64,000 nt of DNA, taken from Isurus oxyrinchus. Taxonomy: Eukaryota. The DNA is taken from the NCBI GenBank assembly GCA_026770705.1, contig JANJGN010000071.1:868001-932000 (forward strand), given 5' to 3'. This document shows positions 47,741 through 60,742 of this stretch, piece after piece. Position 1 is the stretch's first letter. Each line of letters starts with the position of its first letter. The position numbers and the translations under genes were made by a program. Below the pieces are notes generated by a model, which saw nothing but the letters and a program-made list of their open reading frames with translations, did no database searches and was not told the DNA's origin.

Positions 47741-49195
47741 GACAATATCCTGACAGCAAACTGTGATTTAGAGCTTCCTACAACTTAACTAACTGACCAA
47801 AGATGTATTGAACTGTCTAAAAGTGACCTGTTTTGCAAAGAAATACAAGATTGTACACAGATCAAAAATGGCTGACACAAGTCATCTGATAGCTGATACT
47901 GTGAAGTTGATCACTTCTCTGGAAAAGTTCAAATGAATTGCACTGCAGACCTGTTGCAGGAAGGTCACGCCTGGGGTGTGTCAGGGTTCACTGCAAACAG
48001 GGACACTCTTAAAAGGAAAGCATTAAAATGCAAAGTGCTGGACTTTGAGCAGCTGTAGTTCTATCAAAACAGTGGGAACTGCTCACCAAGCGGATAATCA
48101 TCAGCCATTCAAAACCCCCTGTGGAGGATGCAATACCCCCATCTCCTGTTGATTTATATCTTGAAATGCATCAAATGTTTTGGAGATGCAAAGATAAAAA
48201 ACGTGAATACTTGGCCTTTAACAATGAATGCAAAACATGCTGATTGAATTCCCTTCAGGAATATACAGACAGGAGTTTAACAAATGGTTCTGCCAAGCAG
48301 ATATAAGAGAAAGGAGGAGGAAAAAGAAATGTGGCAGTCATCTAAAAACCCTGCTAGAAAAGAACAGAAATGATTTCTCCCTCTCTCCCTGTCTCTCTCT
48401 CTCTCTCTCTCTCCCCCCTTCTTTCTCTCTGTCTGTTTGAAGCTAACAGAGTGTCTTCAATCATGTGCAAGTCTGAGCCAGATGAAATACAGGATTCTAC
48501 AGCAAACCAACTAATTTAAAACAGCTTCAAACTTCACAAACTATGCTGCAGTATAATAACTCTTTGATTTTTTTTTTAATTGGGCTCCATAATTATTTTA
48601 CCTCTGATATCTGTGTGTGTGTTTGTGTGTCTGTGTGTGTGTGTGTGCGTACCTTCCTGTGTGAGCGTGTGTGTGTGTCTGTGCCTGTCTGTGTGTGGGT
48701 GTCAGTGTGGTGTGTGTCTGTGCTTGTCTGTGTTTGTGTGCGTTTGTGTGTGTATGCGTGTGCACCTGTGTGTCTGTGTGTGTGGGCCTGTGTGTGAGTG
48801 TGTGTATGTGTGCCTGTGTGTGAGCGTGTGTATGTGTGCCTGTGTGTGAGCGTGTGTATGTGTGCCTGTGTGTGAGCGTGTGTATGTGTGCCTGTGTGTG
48901 AGCGTGTGTATGACTTGTTATGGAAATTGCATTTGGGGGAAACTATATTTTAAACCCTTTTTGCAACCAACCATGGGGGTTGAATAGAAAGGGAGCCAGT
49001 TCACTGCCCGTCACCCAGTTGTAACAACATTCACACACACACACACTCTCACACACACACTCTCACACACACACATTCACACACACCCACATCCACTTAC
49101 CCACACACAAACACACACAAACAAAGATAATGTCCCACTGACAGGAAACTGCGACTGAGTGACAGCATGTCAGGAATATATAATAATCTCCATAA

Positions 49196-50532
49196 TGTTA
49201 TTGGAATTTATTGTAAAATAGAGTCCATGTGTCTGTGTCCACATGTGTCTGTGATGTGTTTGTGTGAGACTTATTGGAATTAGAGGAAGCTGGTCTGGGT
49301 GTTTTGATGGAAGAAGAGAAGTTAGGTTTGAACTGTTTATTAGGTAAACATGGGGAAGTTTTAGAATGTGAAGTGTAAAGGGGGCAATTTGCATTTTAAG
49401 TTAAACCAAACGAGATTGTTTTCAAAGAAGGAGAGAAATGTGTCACCGAGCCAGGTGAAGATAAGAAACAGTGTGTTTATTTTTGCCAAAGATTACTGGT
49501 AAAACTTAGGGCTATGAGAGATTTGTATTATTACAAAGATAAAGTCCAAAGACATAGTGAAACAATGGGAATTTGCATTCAAAGGGGAAAATATGTATCA
49601 AGGAGTGAAGACTGTGTGTAAGGGTCGGTGTTTTTAAGATCTTACAATGATGAAAAGCCTTCAGCCTGCATGTTCCAAGCTGCTGCCTCCAGGGACTGAA
49701 GTTAAGAGAATTCACTTTGAACTCAACTGTTCAGCGTATCGTTTACTGTTCCTGGGACATTTAAAATCTCTGTCTTTTACTGTTGCCTTAACAGAGATAA
49801 CAGAGCGTCTTCAACAAAATGCAAATCTGAATCAAATAACCACCAGGATGCCACAGGTAACCAATTAACTTTGAACAGCTGCAAACTTCAGCAATCTACG
49901 CCTCAAAGACAAGCAAAGGTATTAATCATATATTCTTTCAAATTTTTGTCGGACTCTAACTTTTTAATTCTGACGTGTGTAAATGGAAGTTAAATTAATT
50001 AAGGGATTTAGAAGTTATTATAGTAGTAATTTATAGACAGATGTGTATGCTTAAAAATCATTTTTTCTTGTTAATCAATGTTTAATTTAGTTTTATAAAA
50101 TCCTCTTACACTGAAAAAAGGGTGAACTCTATTGTAAAGTGTTCTGGGACATCCAGAGACCATGCTATACAGAAGAGATTTGACAGGAGCAGCAAGTGTT
50201 CTACTTACAGGAGAATGAGTCCCCAGGGTTGTAGAGTCAATCCTGTCAGATGAATGACTAACTGGAGACACTTCAGGGAGCTGATCTAATTCTGGAAATG
50301 TTCAGTTTACCAGGATCGGAAGAGAGATGATCTCCCTCTCCTGACTGTATCAGACAAGTGGTGAACCTGTTGAGGTGAACAGAATTACCTGTTAAACCTC
50401 TTAACCTCATTACTACTGAATTCAAAGCCCACATCTCAAAACATACAAGTTGGAAATTAGTTGTGACAGTTGTTTCAAGTTTCCCTCCAGGATTTGAACA
50501 GCTCAGCATTTACCATCTGTTATGTCATAACA
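49196..50532. mobile_element. Solo-LTR-like element, opposite orientation to the 20036 copy, carrying an inserted segment
   Basis: Ends ...ttaccatctgttatgtcataaca, the reverse complement of the tgttatgaca...ggtaaa.gctg start. Left boundary approximate. Confidence 0.55.
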
Positions 50533-53500
50533 GAGCTTCCTTCAATTTAACCAACAAGCCAAAAATGTATTGAACTGTTTAAAGGAGACCTGTTTTTCAA
50601 AAGTACCAGATTAGGCTCTGATCAAAAATGGCTGTCACGAGTCACCTGATTGCTGATACTGCAAACGTGATCACTTCTCTGGAAAGCTTCAAATGAATTG
50701 CACTACAGACATGTTGCATGAAAGTTCTCACTGAGATGTGTCAGGGTCCACTTGAAACTGGGACTCCCTTAAAAATGCAAAGTGCTGGGCTTTGATCACT
50801 GTAGGTCTATCAAGATAATGGGACCTGCTCACCATGCAGATATTCATCAATCATTCAAAACCCCTTGTGGAGGATGAAATGTCTCCATCTCCTGTTGATT
50901 TATATCTTGAAATGCATCAAATGTTTCAGAAATGCAAAGATCAAAAAATGGGATTACTTGGCCTATAACAATGAATGCAAGACATGCTGATCGAATTTCC
51001 TTTGGGAATATACAGACAGGAGTTTAACAACAGGTTCTGTCAAGCAGATATAAGAGAAAGTAGGAGGAAAAGGAAAGATGGCAGTCACCCAAAAACACTG
51101 CTGGAAAAGAGCAGAAATTCTCTCTCTCTCTCTCTCTTTCTGAAGCTAACAGAGCATCTTCAACAAGTCCAAATCTGAATCAAATCACCACAAGGATGCC
51201 ACAGGAAACCAATCAACTTTGCAAACTTCAACAATCTACACCTCGAAGACAAGCAAAGCTATCAATCATATATTCATTTAAATTTTTATTGGACTCTAAC
51301 TTTTTATTTCTGACATGTGTGTGTGTGTGTGGCTGTCTCTCTGCCTGTCTGTGTGAGCATGTGTCAGTGTGAACATATGTGAGTGTGTGTGTGTGTCTGA
51401 GTGAGNNNNNNNNNNNNNNNNNNNNNNNNNNNNNNNNNNNNNNNNNNNNNNNNNNNNNNNNNNNNNNNNNNNNNNNNNNNNNNNNNNNNNNNNNNNNNNN
51501 NNNNNNNNNNNNNNNNNNNNNNNNNNNNNNNNNNNNNNNNNNNNNNNNNNNNNNNNNNNNNNNNNNNNNNNNNTATTGTTGCATCTTAATTATTAATGTT
51601 ATTTAAAAATAGTGATCACACAAGCCTGGTTTCTAAGGAAATGAAACTGCCAACAATTTACAGTAAAGTGAAACGTACAGGAATAATCTATTTATATTGA
51701 GCTGATGATATATAATTATACATGAGGCATGTTGTTAATTTCAAACTTCATCTGAAATATGGCAGGTCTGACAGAGCAGCTTTCCCTCAGCGCTCACTCT
51801 CCGACAGTGCAGCACTCCCTCAGCACTGACCCTCCGACAGTGCAGCATTGCCTCAGTACTGACCCTTTGATCGAGCAGGGTCTCCCTCAGTACTGACCTC
51901 CTGACAGTGCAGCACTCCCTCAGTACTCCCTCACTGGGGAGAGTCCATCTGGTTTTGATCTGTAACCTTGAGATGGTTTGAAAACCCCAACCTTCTGTCT
52001 TGGAGAGAGAGAGAGAGAGAGAGTGAGTGCGTGTGTGAGAAAGAGAGACAATGTGTGTGTGAGAGAGTGACAGTGCGTATGTGTGCGAGAGAGAAGGATA
52101 GAGAGAAAGAGAAAATGTTTGAGAGAGCAAAAGAGAGGTAGAGTGTGTGTGTGCATGAGAGAGAGAGGTAGCTTAATTGTGGAGAGAGAGAGTGTGTGTG
52201 AGAGAAAGGGAATGTCTGTGTTAGAGAGAGAGCTTATGTGTGAGAGAGAAAGAAAGAGAGAGAATCTGTGGGTGTTAGATAGTGTGTGTGTGAAAGAGAG
52301 AATGTGTGTGTGAGAGCGTGTGCATGAGAGCGTGTGTGTGTGTGTGTGTGTTTGAGAGAGAGGGTGTATGTGTTTGAGAGAGGGAGTGTGCGAGAGAGGG
52401 TGTGCGTGTTTGAGAGGGAGTGTGTGTGTTTAAAAGAATGAACAAGAGAAAATGTGTGTATGTGTGTATGTGTGTGAGTGTGTGTGTGTGTTTGTGTGTG
52501 TGTGTGTATGTGTGTGCATTCTGACTGAGCCGAGTTCACAGTTTCACACGTTGCTAGGGACCACTTTTCCGCCTCTCTGTCAGACTGTGTGTATCTGACA
52601 GCAGGTCAGGCAGAAATAGTCCAGAATGCGCTGTGGTTTTGTAGCATTGAAACAACGACAGGAACTAAATGAGTGCTGCACCAAATAAAGACATGGAGTG
52701 ACCACACCAAAAAACCACGTGACTTCCCCAGTTTCATATCTCCCTCAAACACAGAAAAACTGGGTTAACACTGACCCTCCTCCCAGAGCCAGTTCACCTC
52801 GTGTCCGATGCAGTCAGGAGAGGAAGATCATCTCTCCTCCAATCCTGATAAACTGAACATTTCCAGAATGAGATCAGCTCCCTGAAGTGTCTCCAGTTAG
52901 ACATTCATCTGACAGGATTGACTCTACAACCCTGGGGACTCATTCTCCTGTAAGTAAAACACTTGCTGCTCCTGTCAAATCTCTTCTGTACAGCATGGTC
53001 TCTGGATGTCCCAGAACACTTTACAAGTGAGTTCACCCTTTTTTCGAAGTGTGGTTACTGTTGTAATGTAGGAAACGCAGCAGCCAATTAGCGCACAGCA
53101 AGCTCCCACAAACAGCAATGTGATCATCTGTTTTTGGTGATGTTGGTTGAGGGATAAATATTGGTGCCAGGACACCGGGGAGATCTCCCCCTTGCTCTTC
53201 CTCCAAATAGTGGCTGTGGGATCTTTCACACCCGCCCGAGAGGGCAGACGGGGGACTCGGTTTAGTGTCTAATATTGGACTAATCTCCAGGCGAGGTTGG
53301 CTGGATGGATTATTGACAAGGTCCATTCACCCTGTAAAGAGTTTCTCTGGTTTGAAATACCCGATCAAACATCAAGTTCTGTGTCTAAACTTTGTGTTGA
53401 AAAGACACCTGTCCAGCTCTTCACCTGCCATTAGCTTGTTGAGTCTTCACACGCTCCGTCTGTCCGTGACCAACGCCTCTTAGCTCATCCTTTCCTTGTC

Positions 53501-55027
53501 GTACATCGAGCTGTTCATCCTGACGGGTTCCCTCCTTCCCAGTAACACTCCATCTCCGACATCAAACTAACTCCCAACACGTTGATGAATTGTATGGATT
53601 CCAGCATCAGTTGGTTCTGTCTGAGGCTGTTTCTCTGATCGGGGACCGAGCTGTTCTGAACAGACATTGTGTTCAGCAGTTCTTATTGCAGATCAGGCTG
53701 TTCAACCAATGCTGCTGTTCACTGAGGTGACTCCGATTCTACATTCACACATTAATGATCTCATGTCCAGCAGCAAACATCTGAATGAAGCAAGGTTCAA
53801 GAAAAAACCCAGCTGCTTGATCCGACAGTTATCTGTTCAGGCATGGCCCCTTGTTCCAAATAACAAACATTATTTAAAAATAGTCATCACATGAGCCTGG
53901 TTAACAAGGAAATGAAACCATGAACAATTTGCAGTAAAGTGAAACGTACAGGACAATCTATTTATATAGAGCTGATGATTTATTTTACACGAGACATGTT
54001 GCTAATTTCAAACATCATCCGAACTATGGCAGTTCTGACAGTGCAGCACTTCCTCAGTACTGACCCTTTGACAGTGCAGCACTCCCCCAGTACTGACCCA
54101 CTGACAGTGCAGCACTCCCTTGGGACTGAATCCAGAGATACAAGGAAGAGACTGAAGAGCTGACGATTCAGCTGAATTTAAAAACAGAGGCAGTTACAGA
54201 ATCACAACAAGTTTACAGAGCAGAAGGAGGCCATTCAGCCCCTCGAGCCTGTTACACAGGAACTGGAGCGGCCATTCAGCCCCCTCGAGCCTGTTACACA
54301 GGAACAGGAGGAGGCCCATTCAGCCCCTCGAGACTGTTACACAGGAACAGGAAGAGGCAATTCAACCACATTCTTGACACCAAAGGGGTTACCAGTTTGC
54401 TTACGGTGGAAGACAAAGAGTTGGTTTCTCAAATTCACACAAACCAACTCACATTTTGACTCACAGAGACACATTCACCCTTTCTAATTAAATACACAGA
54501 GGGAGGAGCACAGGAAGAGGTCATTCAGCCCAAGCAGAGCGTGTGGGCAGTTCCTCCCCAGGCGAGCAGTCGGACAGGTCCTGGGTAAGTAACGGAACGA
54601 TTGGAATTCACTTCCACCACCAACACCGTCCTTTGTTGATGTTGTGACTTTATAAAGACAGATTCCAATGATTGATGCCTTTGAAAGATTTCTACTGTTT
54701 ATTGAGATCTGGGTGTGAGACTCAAGTCTGTTGTACAGAACATCTTTCTAGCTCAAGGGATGAGGGAAGAGCAGGGACATGAGCTTTGGGATGTCCTGAG
54801 CAGGTGAAAGGCGATATAGAAATGCAAGTCCTTCATTGTGTTACTTTCTTAAAGCCTTGTAACTCTCTGCAGAGCAACTATCATCCCACAGAGAATGAAA
54901 TTAGTCTGTGAAGACATTGTCTAAAAGTGGTTCTGATCTCTCGAGAGGTGTCGGACAAGAGGTGAGGTCTCATTAACTCCTTTCTCTTTCACAGCTTGAG
55001 AACCAATGAAATACCTGGGAGTGGACA

Positions 55028-55067
55028 ATGATCAGGAAATCTTACTTCCTCCTGTCACTTCTCCAAG
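55028..55067 (+). CDS. Gene B leader exon (MIRKSYFLLSLLQ)
   Basis: Same peptide as gene A; donor AG/GTAATA. Confidence 0.8.
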
Positions 55068-57186
55068 GTAATATCATTGTCAGCTCGGATAGATTTATGG
55101 CTAATCATCTTTGTAAAACATAATTCTTATTGAGTGTGATTGGGAACAGATTCAGCAGTGAGCCAGTGTACAATCTCACACCAAGTCCCATTCACCCATC
55201 ACCCCTGTGCTCACTGATATACACTGACTCCCTGTCTGACAGCAGAATTGGAGGAGAGCAGAGGACTTTGAGGTTTGCATGGTTGGAGGAGAAAGTGATT
55301 GGAGAAGAGGAATGGAGGGAATGGAAATTGAGGATGAGAGTCTTAAACTCGAGGCTCTGCTGGACTGGGAGCCAGTGCAGGTCAGCGAGTGGCAGAGGGT
55401 GTGAGGTGTTGAGTTGAGAAACAGTGATAAATACTGGGGGATGAAGTCTATCCTGATGCTTGGACTCCGATAGCAAAGGAATGAAATTTGTGTCTTTTGC
55501 TGATTTTAATCAGAATTTCCCATGAAGACAACACAGCAGCTCCTAGAATAGACAGGCTGTTCAGTGTCACACTTCCTGCCCATTCTCACCATGCTAGATA
55601 CTTCAATAAGGGAGCAAGATAACTGAAAGAGAGAAGGAAGGTAAAGCTGTCTGTGTGTAAAACTGTCAAATATTCTGAGTTATCATGAGTGTCTCTGACC
55701 TGCTGCAGAGTTTAAATCTCACAGAATCTGAGCACTTTGCAGCTCAGAGAGAGACCATTGACTCACTGCCTGAAAGGCCGGTGGAAGCAGATTCAACAGG
55801 AACTTTCAGAAGGGGAACTGGATAAATACTTGAAGGGAAATTTGCAGGGATGTGTGAAAGGTGCTGGAGAGGAATTGGGAAAGAGCCAGCACATGCACGA
55901 TGGGTCAAATGAGCTCCTCCTGTGTTGTATCATTCAACAATCAGACAATTTAAGACCCTTGTCAGCAAAACTTCAGAATCCTGCTGAATCACAGATGTTT
56001 CAGAAGGACAGGGAACAAGAAGTTTCTGGTAGCAGCGTTTCATGTGGGGCCCAGTTCAGTTTGAACAAATAAACAACACCATCTTTGAAAGTCATGAACC
56101 CAACACAGCGGCACCTCCGACACATGCAGAGCTCAGGCTAGAGGCGCTTTGTTAGTGTGTTTCACAGTGTCTGCTGGAGTAGGGTCAGTGCTGAGCTTGG
56201 GGACAAGTCAGTCTACAATGCTGCATCGGAATCAACAATACAACAATATGGGGTTTGGATCAGAAATAATCCATTAGACAATGAGGATCCAAAGAGATTC
56301 CTTAGACAATGAGGATCCAAAGAGATTTCTTAGACAATGAGGATCCAAAGAGATTCCTCAGACAATGAGGATCCAAAGAGATTCCTTAGACAATGAGGGT
56401 CCAAAGTGATTCCTTAGACAATGAAGATACAAAGTGCACCAATCAGATTGAACCAGATTAGCTAATCAGCTGTGTTGAAGAGCAAACAGGAATGTTAGGC
56501 TAATTAGTGATTCATGACGGTGATAATGGGGGGAGTTCTGAGGGCTCCTAATCCATTGTCCTGTCTTGTAAATCAGCACTGAATGGATCTCAATGGGTGG
56601 GTCTCGTAGACACTGTGTTGGGTGGAAGACTGGCTTCACTAAGGGGAAGCGGCAGTAGAGAGGCATTGTCACTGGGCTAGTATTCCAGAGGCCCAGGGTG
56701 ATGCTCTGGGGCCCTGGGTGTAAATCCCATCACAGCAGATGAATGGGATTAAAAAGCCTGGTTCACTGATCCCCTTCAGGGAAGGAAATCTCCACCCTTA
56801 CCGAGTCTGGCCTACATGTCACTCCAAACCCACAGCAATACAATTGATTCTTAAATGCCTCTGATGGACATGGGATGGGTAATAAATGCTGGGCACATCC
56901 CATGAACGGATAATTTGAAAAACACATGACTTGGAGACACTGTGTTGGGTGGAAGACTGGCTTCACTAAACAGGGTCCTGAGGACCATGAGCCAATGTAG
57001 AATGAACTTGTCCACTCCTGTGTCCAGGATTCTCTTCCATCCATTGTGAAACCTTGGGGAGATCCCTGTGTGTCCTGTAGATGGTCCACACTGCAGCCAC
57101 TGTGCCCCAGTGATGGACGGGGTGGATATCGAGTCTAGTGGATCTACAAACCATCCAGAGTTAAATATTGATATTTCTCTCCCCAG

Positions 57187-57564
57187 TTGGACTGTCACAA
57201 GAGTGGAAAGGTGACAGTCCCCGAGAGGTGACAGCGCAGGAAGGTTCATGTGTACAGATTCCATGTCATTACAGTTACTCATCACATTTGGTAAAGAAAA
57301 CACATGTCGGAATCTGGTATATGAGGAGGTACATACAGAACAAATGGTCTAAATGGTCTATAGCCTTTCACTCCAAGGATCACAGTCACGAGTTACCAGG
57401 GTTCCACCATCGGACACGGCTGTCTGGAGACCTGAAAGATGGCGAATGTTCCCTGATTATAAACAACATCAGACGGGAAGATGAAGGACCTTATTTTTTC
57501 AGAATAGAATTTGACAATGGTCCGAGCCATAACTATTACCCTGAAACCCAGCTTCAGGTTTCTG
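57187..57564 (+). CDS. Gene B V-set domain 1 (intact, distinct BC/CC' loops)
   Basis: 378 nt, phase 1-1; CVQIPC, ECSL and YFFRIE retained. Confidence 0.85.
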
Positions 57565-57829
57565 GTAAGTGCTGTGTTATAATTACTCAACAATTCACAT
57601 CCAACACTCAATGGGAAATAATAGTGTTTGATTTGCTTGTTTTTTGGCCATGTTAACCAGCGTCACTATTTTTAATGATTTGTCTATTTCTGCTCCCAGA
57701 TCCATGAGCTTATTGTGTGTGATTGAATCCACATCATAGCTGTAACATAAACCGAGCTGAGGGGTGATGACACATCCCCCCTGAGTGAAGTGTCTCCTCC
57801 CCACTACACCTTCCACCCCTCACACTGTC

Positions 57830-59465
57830 CGTGTAAACCCCCGTCCCATCTCCAGCCTCTCTTTCCCCTCCAAAGTCCTTGAACGTGTTTCCATCTCCCG
57901 AATCCATCCCCATCTTTCCCGGAACTCCATGTTTGAATCCCTCCAATCAGGTTCCCACCCCAGCCACTGTGCTGAAACAGCTCTTATCAAGGTCACAAAT
58001 GGCATCCTGTGTGACTGTGACAAAGGTCAACTTTCCCTCCTCGTCCTTCTCGATCTGTCTGCAGCCTTTGACACGCTCGACCACACCATCCTCCTCCAAC
58101 ACCTCTCCACTGTCGTCCAGCTGGGTGGGACTGCTCTCCCCTGGCTCCATTCTTATCCATCTCATCGTAGCCAGAGAATCACTTGCAATGGCTTTGCAGC
58201 ATCATCTGAACAGTGTTAGTTTTCACCTGTCCACTGAGGATCCCCAGCTCTACCTCACCACCACCTCTCTCGACTCCTCCACTGCTGCTAAATTATCAGG
58301 CTGCTTATCCGACATCCAGTACTGGATGGGCAGAAATTCCCTCCAATTAAATATTGGAAAGACTGAAGCCATTGTCTTCATTCCCCACTCCAAACTCTGT
58401 TCCCTCGCTACCAACTCCATTCCTCTCCCTGGCAGCTCTCTGAGATTGAAGCCAATCTGTTCACAGCTTTGTTGTCCCATTTGATCCTGAGATGAGCTTC
58501 CGGCCTCATATCTGCGCCCTCACTAACACCGTCTATTTCCACCTCCGTAACATCGCACGACGTCACCCTGTCTCAGCTCATCTGCTGCTGAAACCCTCAT
58601 CCACACCTTCATTACCTCCACACTCGACTGTTCCAACACACGCTCTACACTCCATAAACTTGAGGCCATTCAAAACTGCTGACCACGTCCTTACTCACAC
58701 CAGGTCCCGTTCCCTTATCACCCGCTCTGCTCGATGACCGAGACTGGCTCCTGGTCAAGCAAAGTCTCAATGTCCAAATTTACATCTTTGTTTCCTCACT
58801 ATCCCTGTAATCTCCTCGTCCTCCTCCAGTACCTACAACCATCCCATTCTCTGTAACCTCTTGAAGTATCTAACGCTTCCCTATATCTGTAAATTCATCC
58901 TGCCCAACAAACCTACCAATCTCTGCAACCTCCTCCAGCCACTACAACCCTCCCTATTTCTGTAACTTCCTCCTGCCCCTAAAAGCTTCCCTATCTCTGT
59001 AGCCTGCTCCAGTCCCGACAACTTTCCCTGCCCCTGTAACCTGCCCCAGTCACTACAACCCTCCTTCTCTCTGTAACCTCCTCCAGCCCCTCCAACCCTC
59101 TGAGGTCTCTGTGCTCATCCAATTCCAGCCTCTTGACCATCCCCCGATCCCATCACTCCAACATCGGCGGCCATGCCTTCAGCTGCCTGGGACCCGAGCT
59201 CCGTAATACCCTCCCTCAACCCCTCTCCGTCCCTCTCTCTCACTCTCTCTGTCTCTCTCTCTCTCTCTCTCTATCTCTATCTCTCTCTCTCTCACTATCC
59301 ATTTCATCCCTCTTTGAAGATTCTCCATAACACCGACCTCTTCTGGTCAGCTGTCGCTAATATCTCCACATGTGTCTGGGTGACATACTTTGTTTTATGA
59401 CGCTCCTGTGTAGCACTTTGGGGTGATTTGTCATGTTAAATTTGTTGTGTAAATATAACTTGTTG
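57830..59465 (+). mobile_element. L2-clade LINE RT and 3' end
   Basis: RPISSLSFPSKVLER, QSG...H.AETALIKVTN, LLVLLDLSAAFDTLDHTILL, DPQLYL, LQLNIGKTEAI. Confidence 0.9.
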
Positions 59466-59589
59466 CCCTTTGACCCTCGACCCCAGCTCGAGTCTTATTT
59501 TTGAGGGAATGTACAACCTCCTTAGATTTCTGACCAAAATGTCATTTGATTATTTTTATTGAGCGAATGCCAAGCCCCGATACCGAGCG

Positions 59590-59960
59590 AGAGCCTCCTC
59601 ATTTGCTGAGTTTAGGGTGATGAGTCAGCCCCTTAGTCCGTAGAGGGGATTCTCCTCGGTAATGTGCAGCCTTGTTTGTGTCTCTCCACAAGCGCATGAG
59701 GGGTTTGTACAGAGGCTGCAGCGCTGGAGGGGGTCTGCACAGGGGTCCTGGACTGTCCTGAGCCGGTTTTAGCAAGGACCACTCTGGCCTTGGCAGCTGA
59801 AAGCCAGCCATTGGACAGACGGGGCCTGTCACAAGGAGCCTGTTAGTCACTCCCCCCCGTGTCTCCTGTGCTCGGATCCAGACCATGTTGGCTGGTGGAC
59901 CTGGCTCAGGAAGAGTCCTCCCCATGGGACCCCCAGATGGAAGGTGGGTCGAGCGGGTCA
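59590..59960 (-). mobile_element. Non-LTR retrotransposon ORF2 C-terminal fragment (RTE-X-like)
   Basis: GFQLPRPEWSLL then, after a frameshift, NRLRT...PSCACGETQT..HI zinc-finger-like motif. Confidence 0.5.
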
Positions 59961-60004
59961 GTCACTTGCATGTTTATTCTGCAGCTTTAATATTTTAAGA
60001 AGGT

Positions 60005-60742
60005 AAGAATGTAGGAACATAAGAAATAGGGACAGGAGCAGGCCATTCGGCCCCTCGAGCCTGCTCTCACTGATCTGGTTGTGGCCTTAACTCCATTTTC
60101 CTGCCTGTCCCCCAAACCCTTGACTCCCTTGTTGATCAAAAACCTGCCTCACTCAGCCTTGAGTCTATTCAATGGCCCAGCCTCCACTGCTCTCTGGGGA
60201 AGAGAATTCCACAGGCTAGCGCCCCTCTGAGAGAGGAAATTCCTCCTCATCTCAGTCTTAAATGGGAGAGCCCTCATTCCGAAACTGTGCTCCCTGGTTC
60301 TAGATTCCCCCACGAGGGGGAAACATCCTCCCAGCATCCACCCTGTCAAGCCCCCTCGGAATCGGATATGTTTCAATAAGCTCACCCCTCATTCTTCTAA
60401 ATTCCAATGGATACAGGCCCAACCTGCTCAACATTTCCTCACAGGACAAACCCTTTAATCCCAGGAATCAGCCCAGTGAAGCTTCTCTGAACTGCCTGTA
60501 CACAATGTTCGTGTTACAATCTCACTAACGCCCTGTGCAGCTGTTGCAAGACTTCCCTCCTTTTATACTCCATCCCTTTGCAATAAAGGCCAACATTCCA
60601 CTTGCCTTCCTCATTCCGTGGTGTTCCTGAATGCTGACTTTCTGTGATTCATGTACAAGGACACCCAGATCCCTCTGTACTGCATTCTGCAGCCTGTCTC
60701 CATTTAAATAATATTCTGCTTATCTATTCTTCCTGCCAAAAT
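60005..60742 (-). mobile_element. CR1-like LINE 3' end
   Basis: Minus ORF FPLVGESRTREHS...FKTEMRRNFLSQRGASLWNSLPQRAVEAG. Confidence 0.85.
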
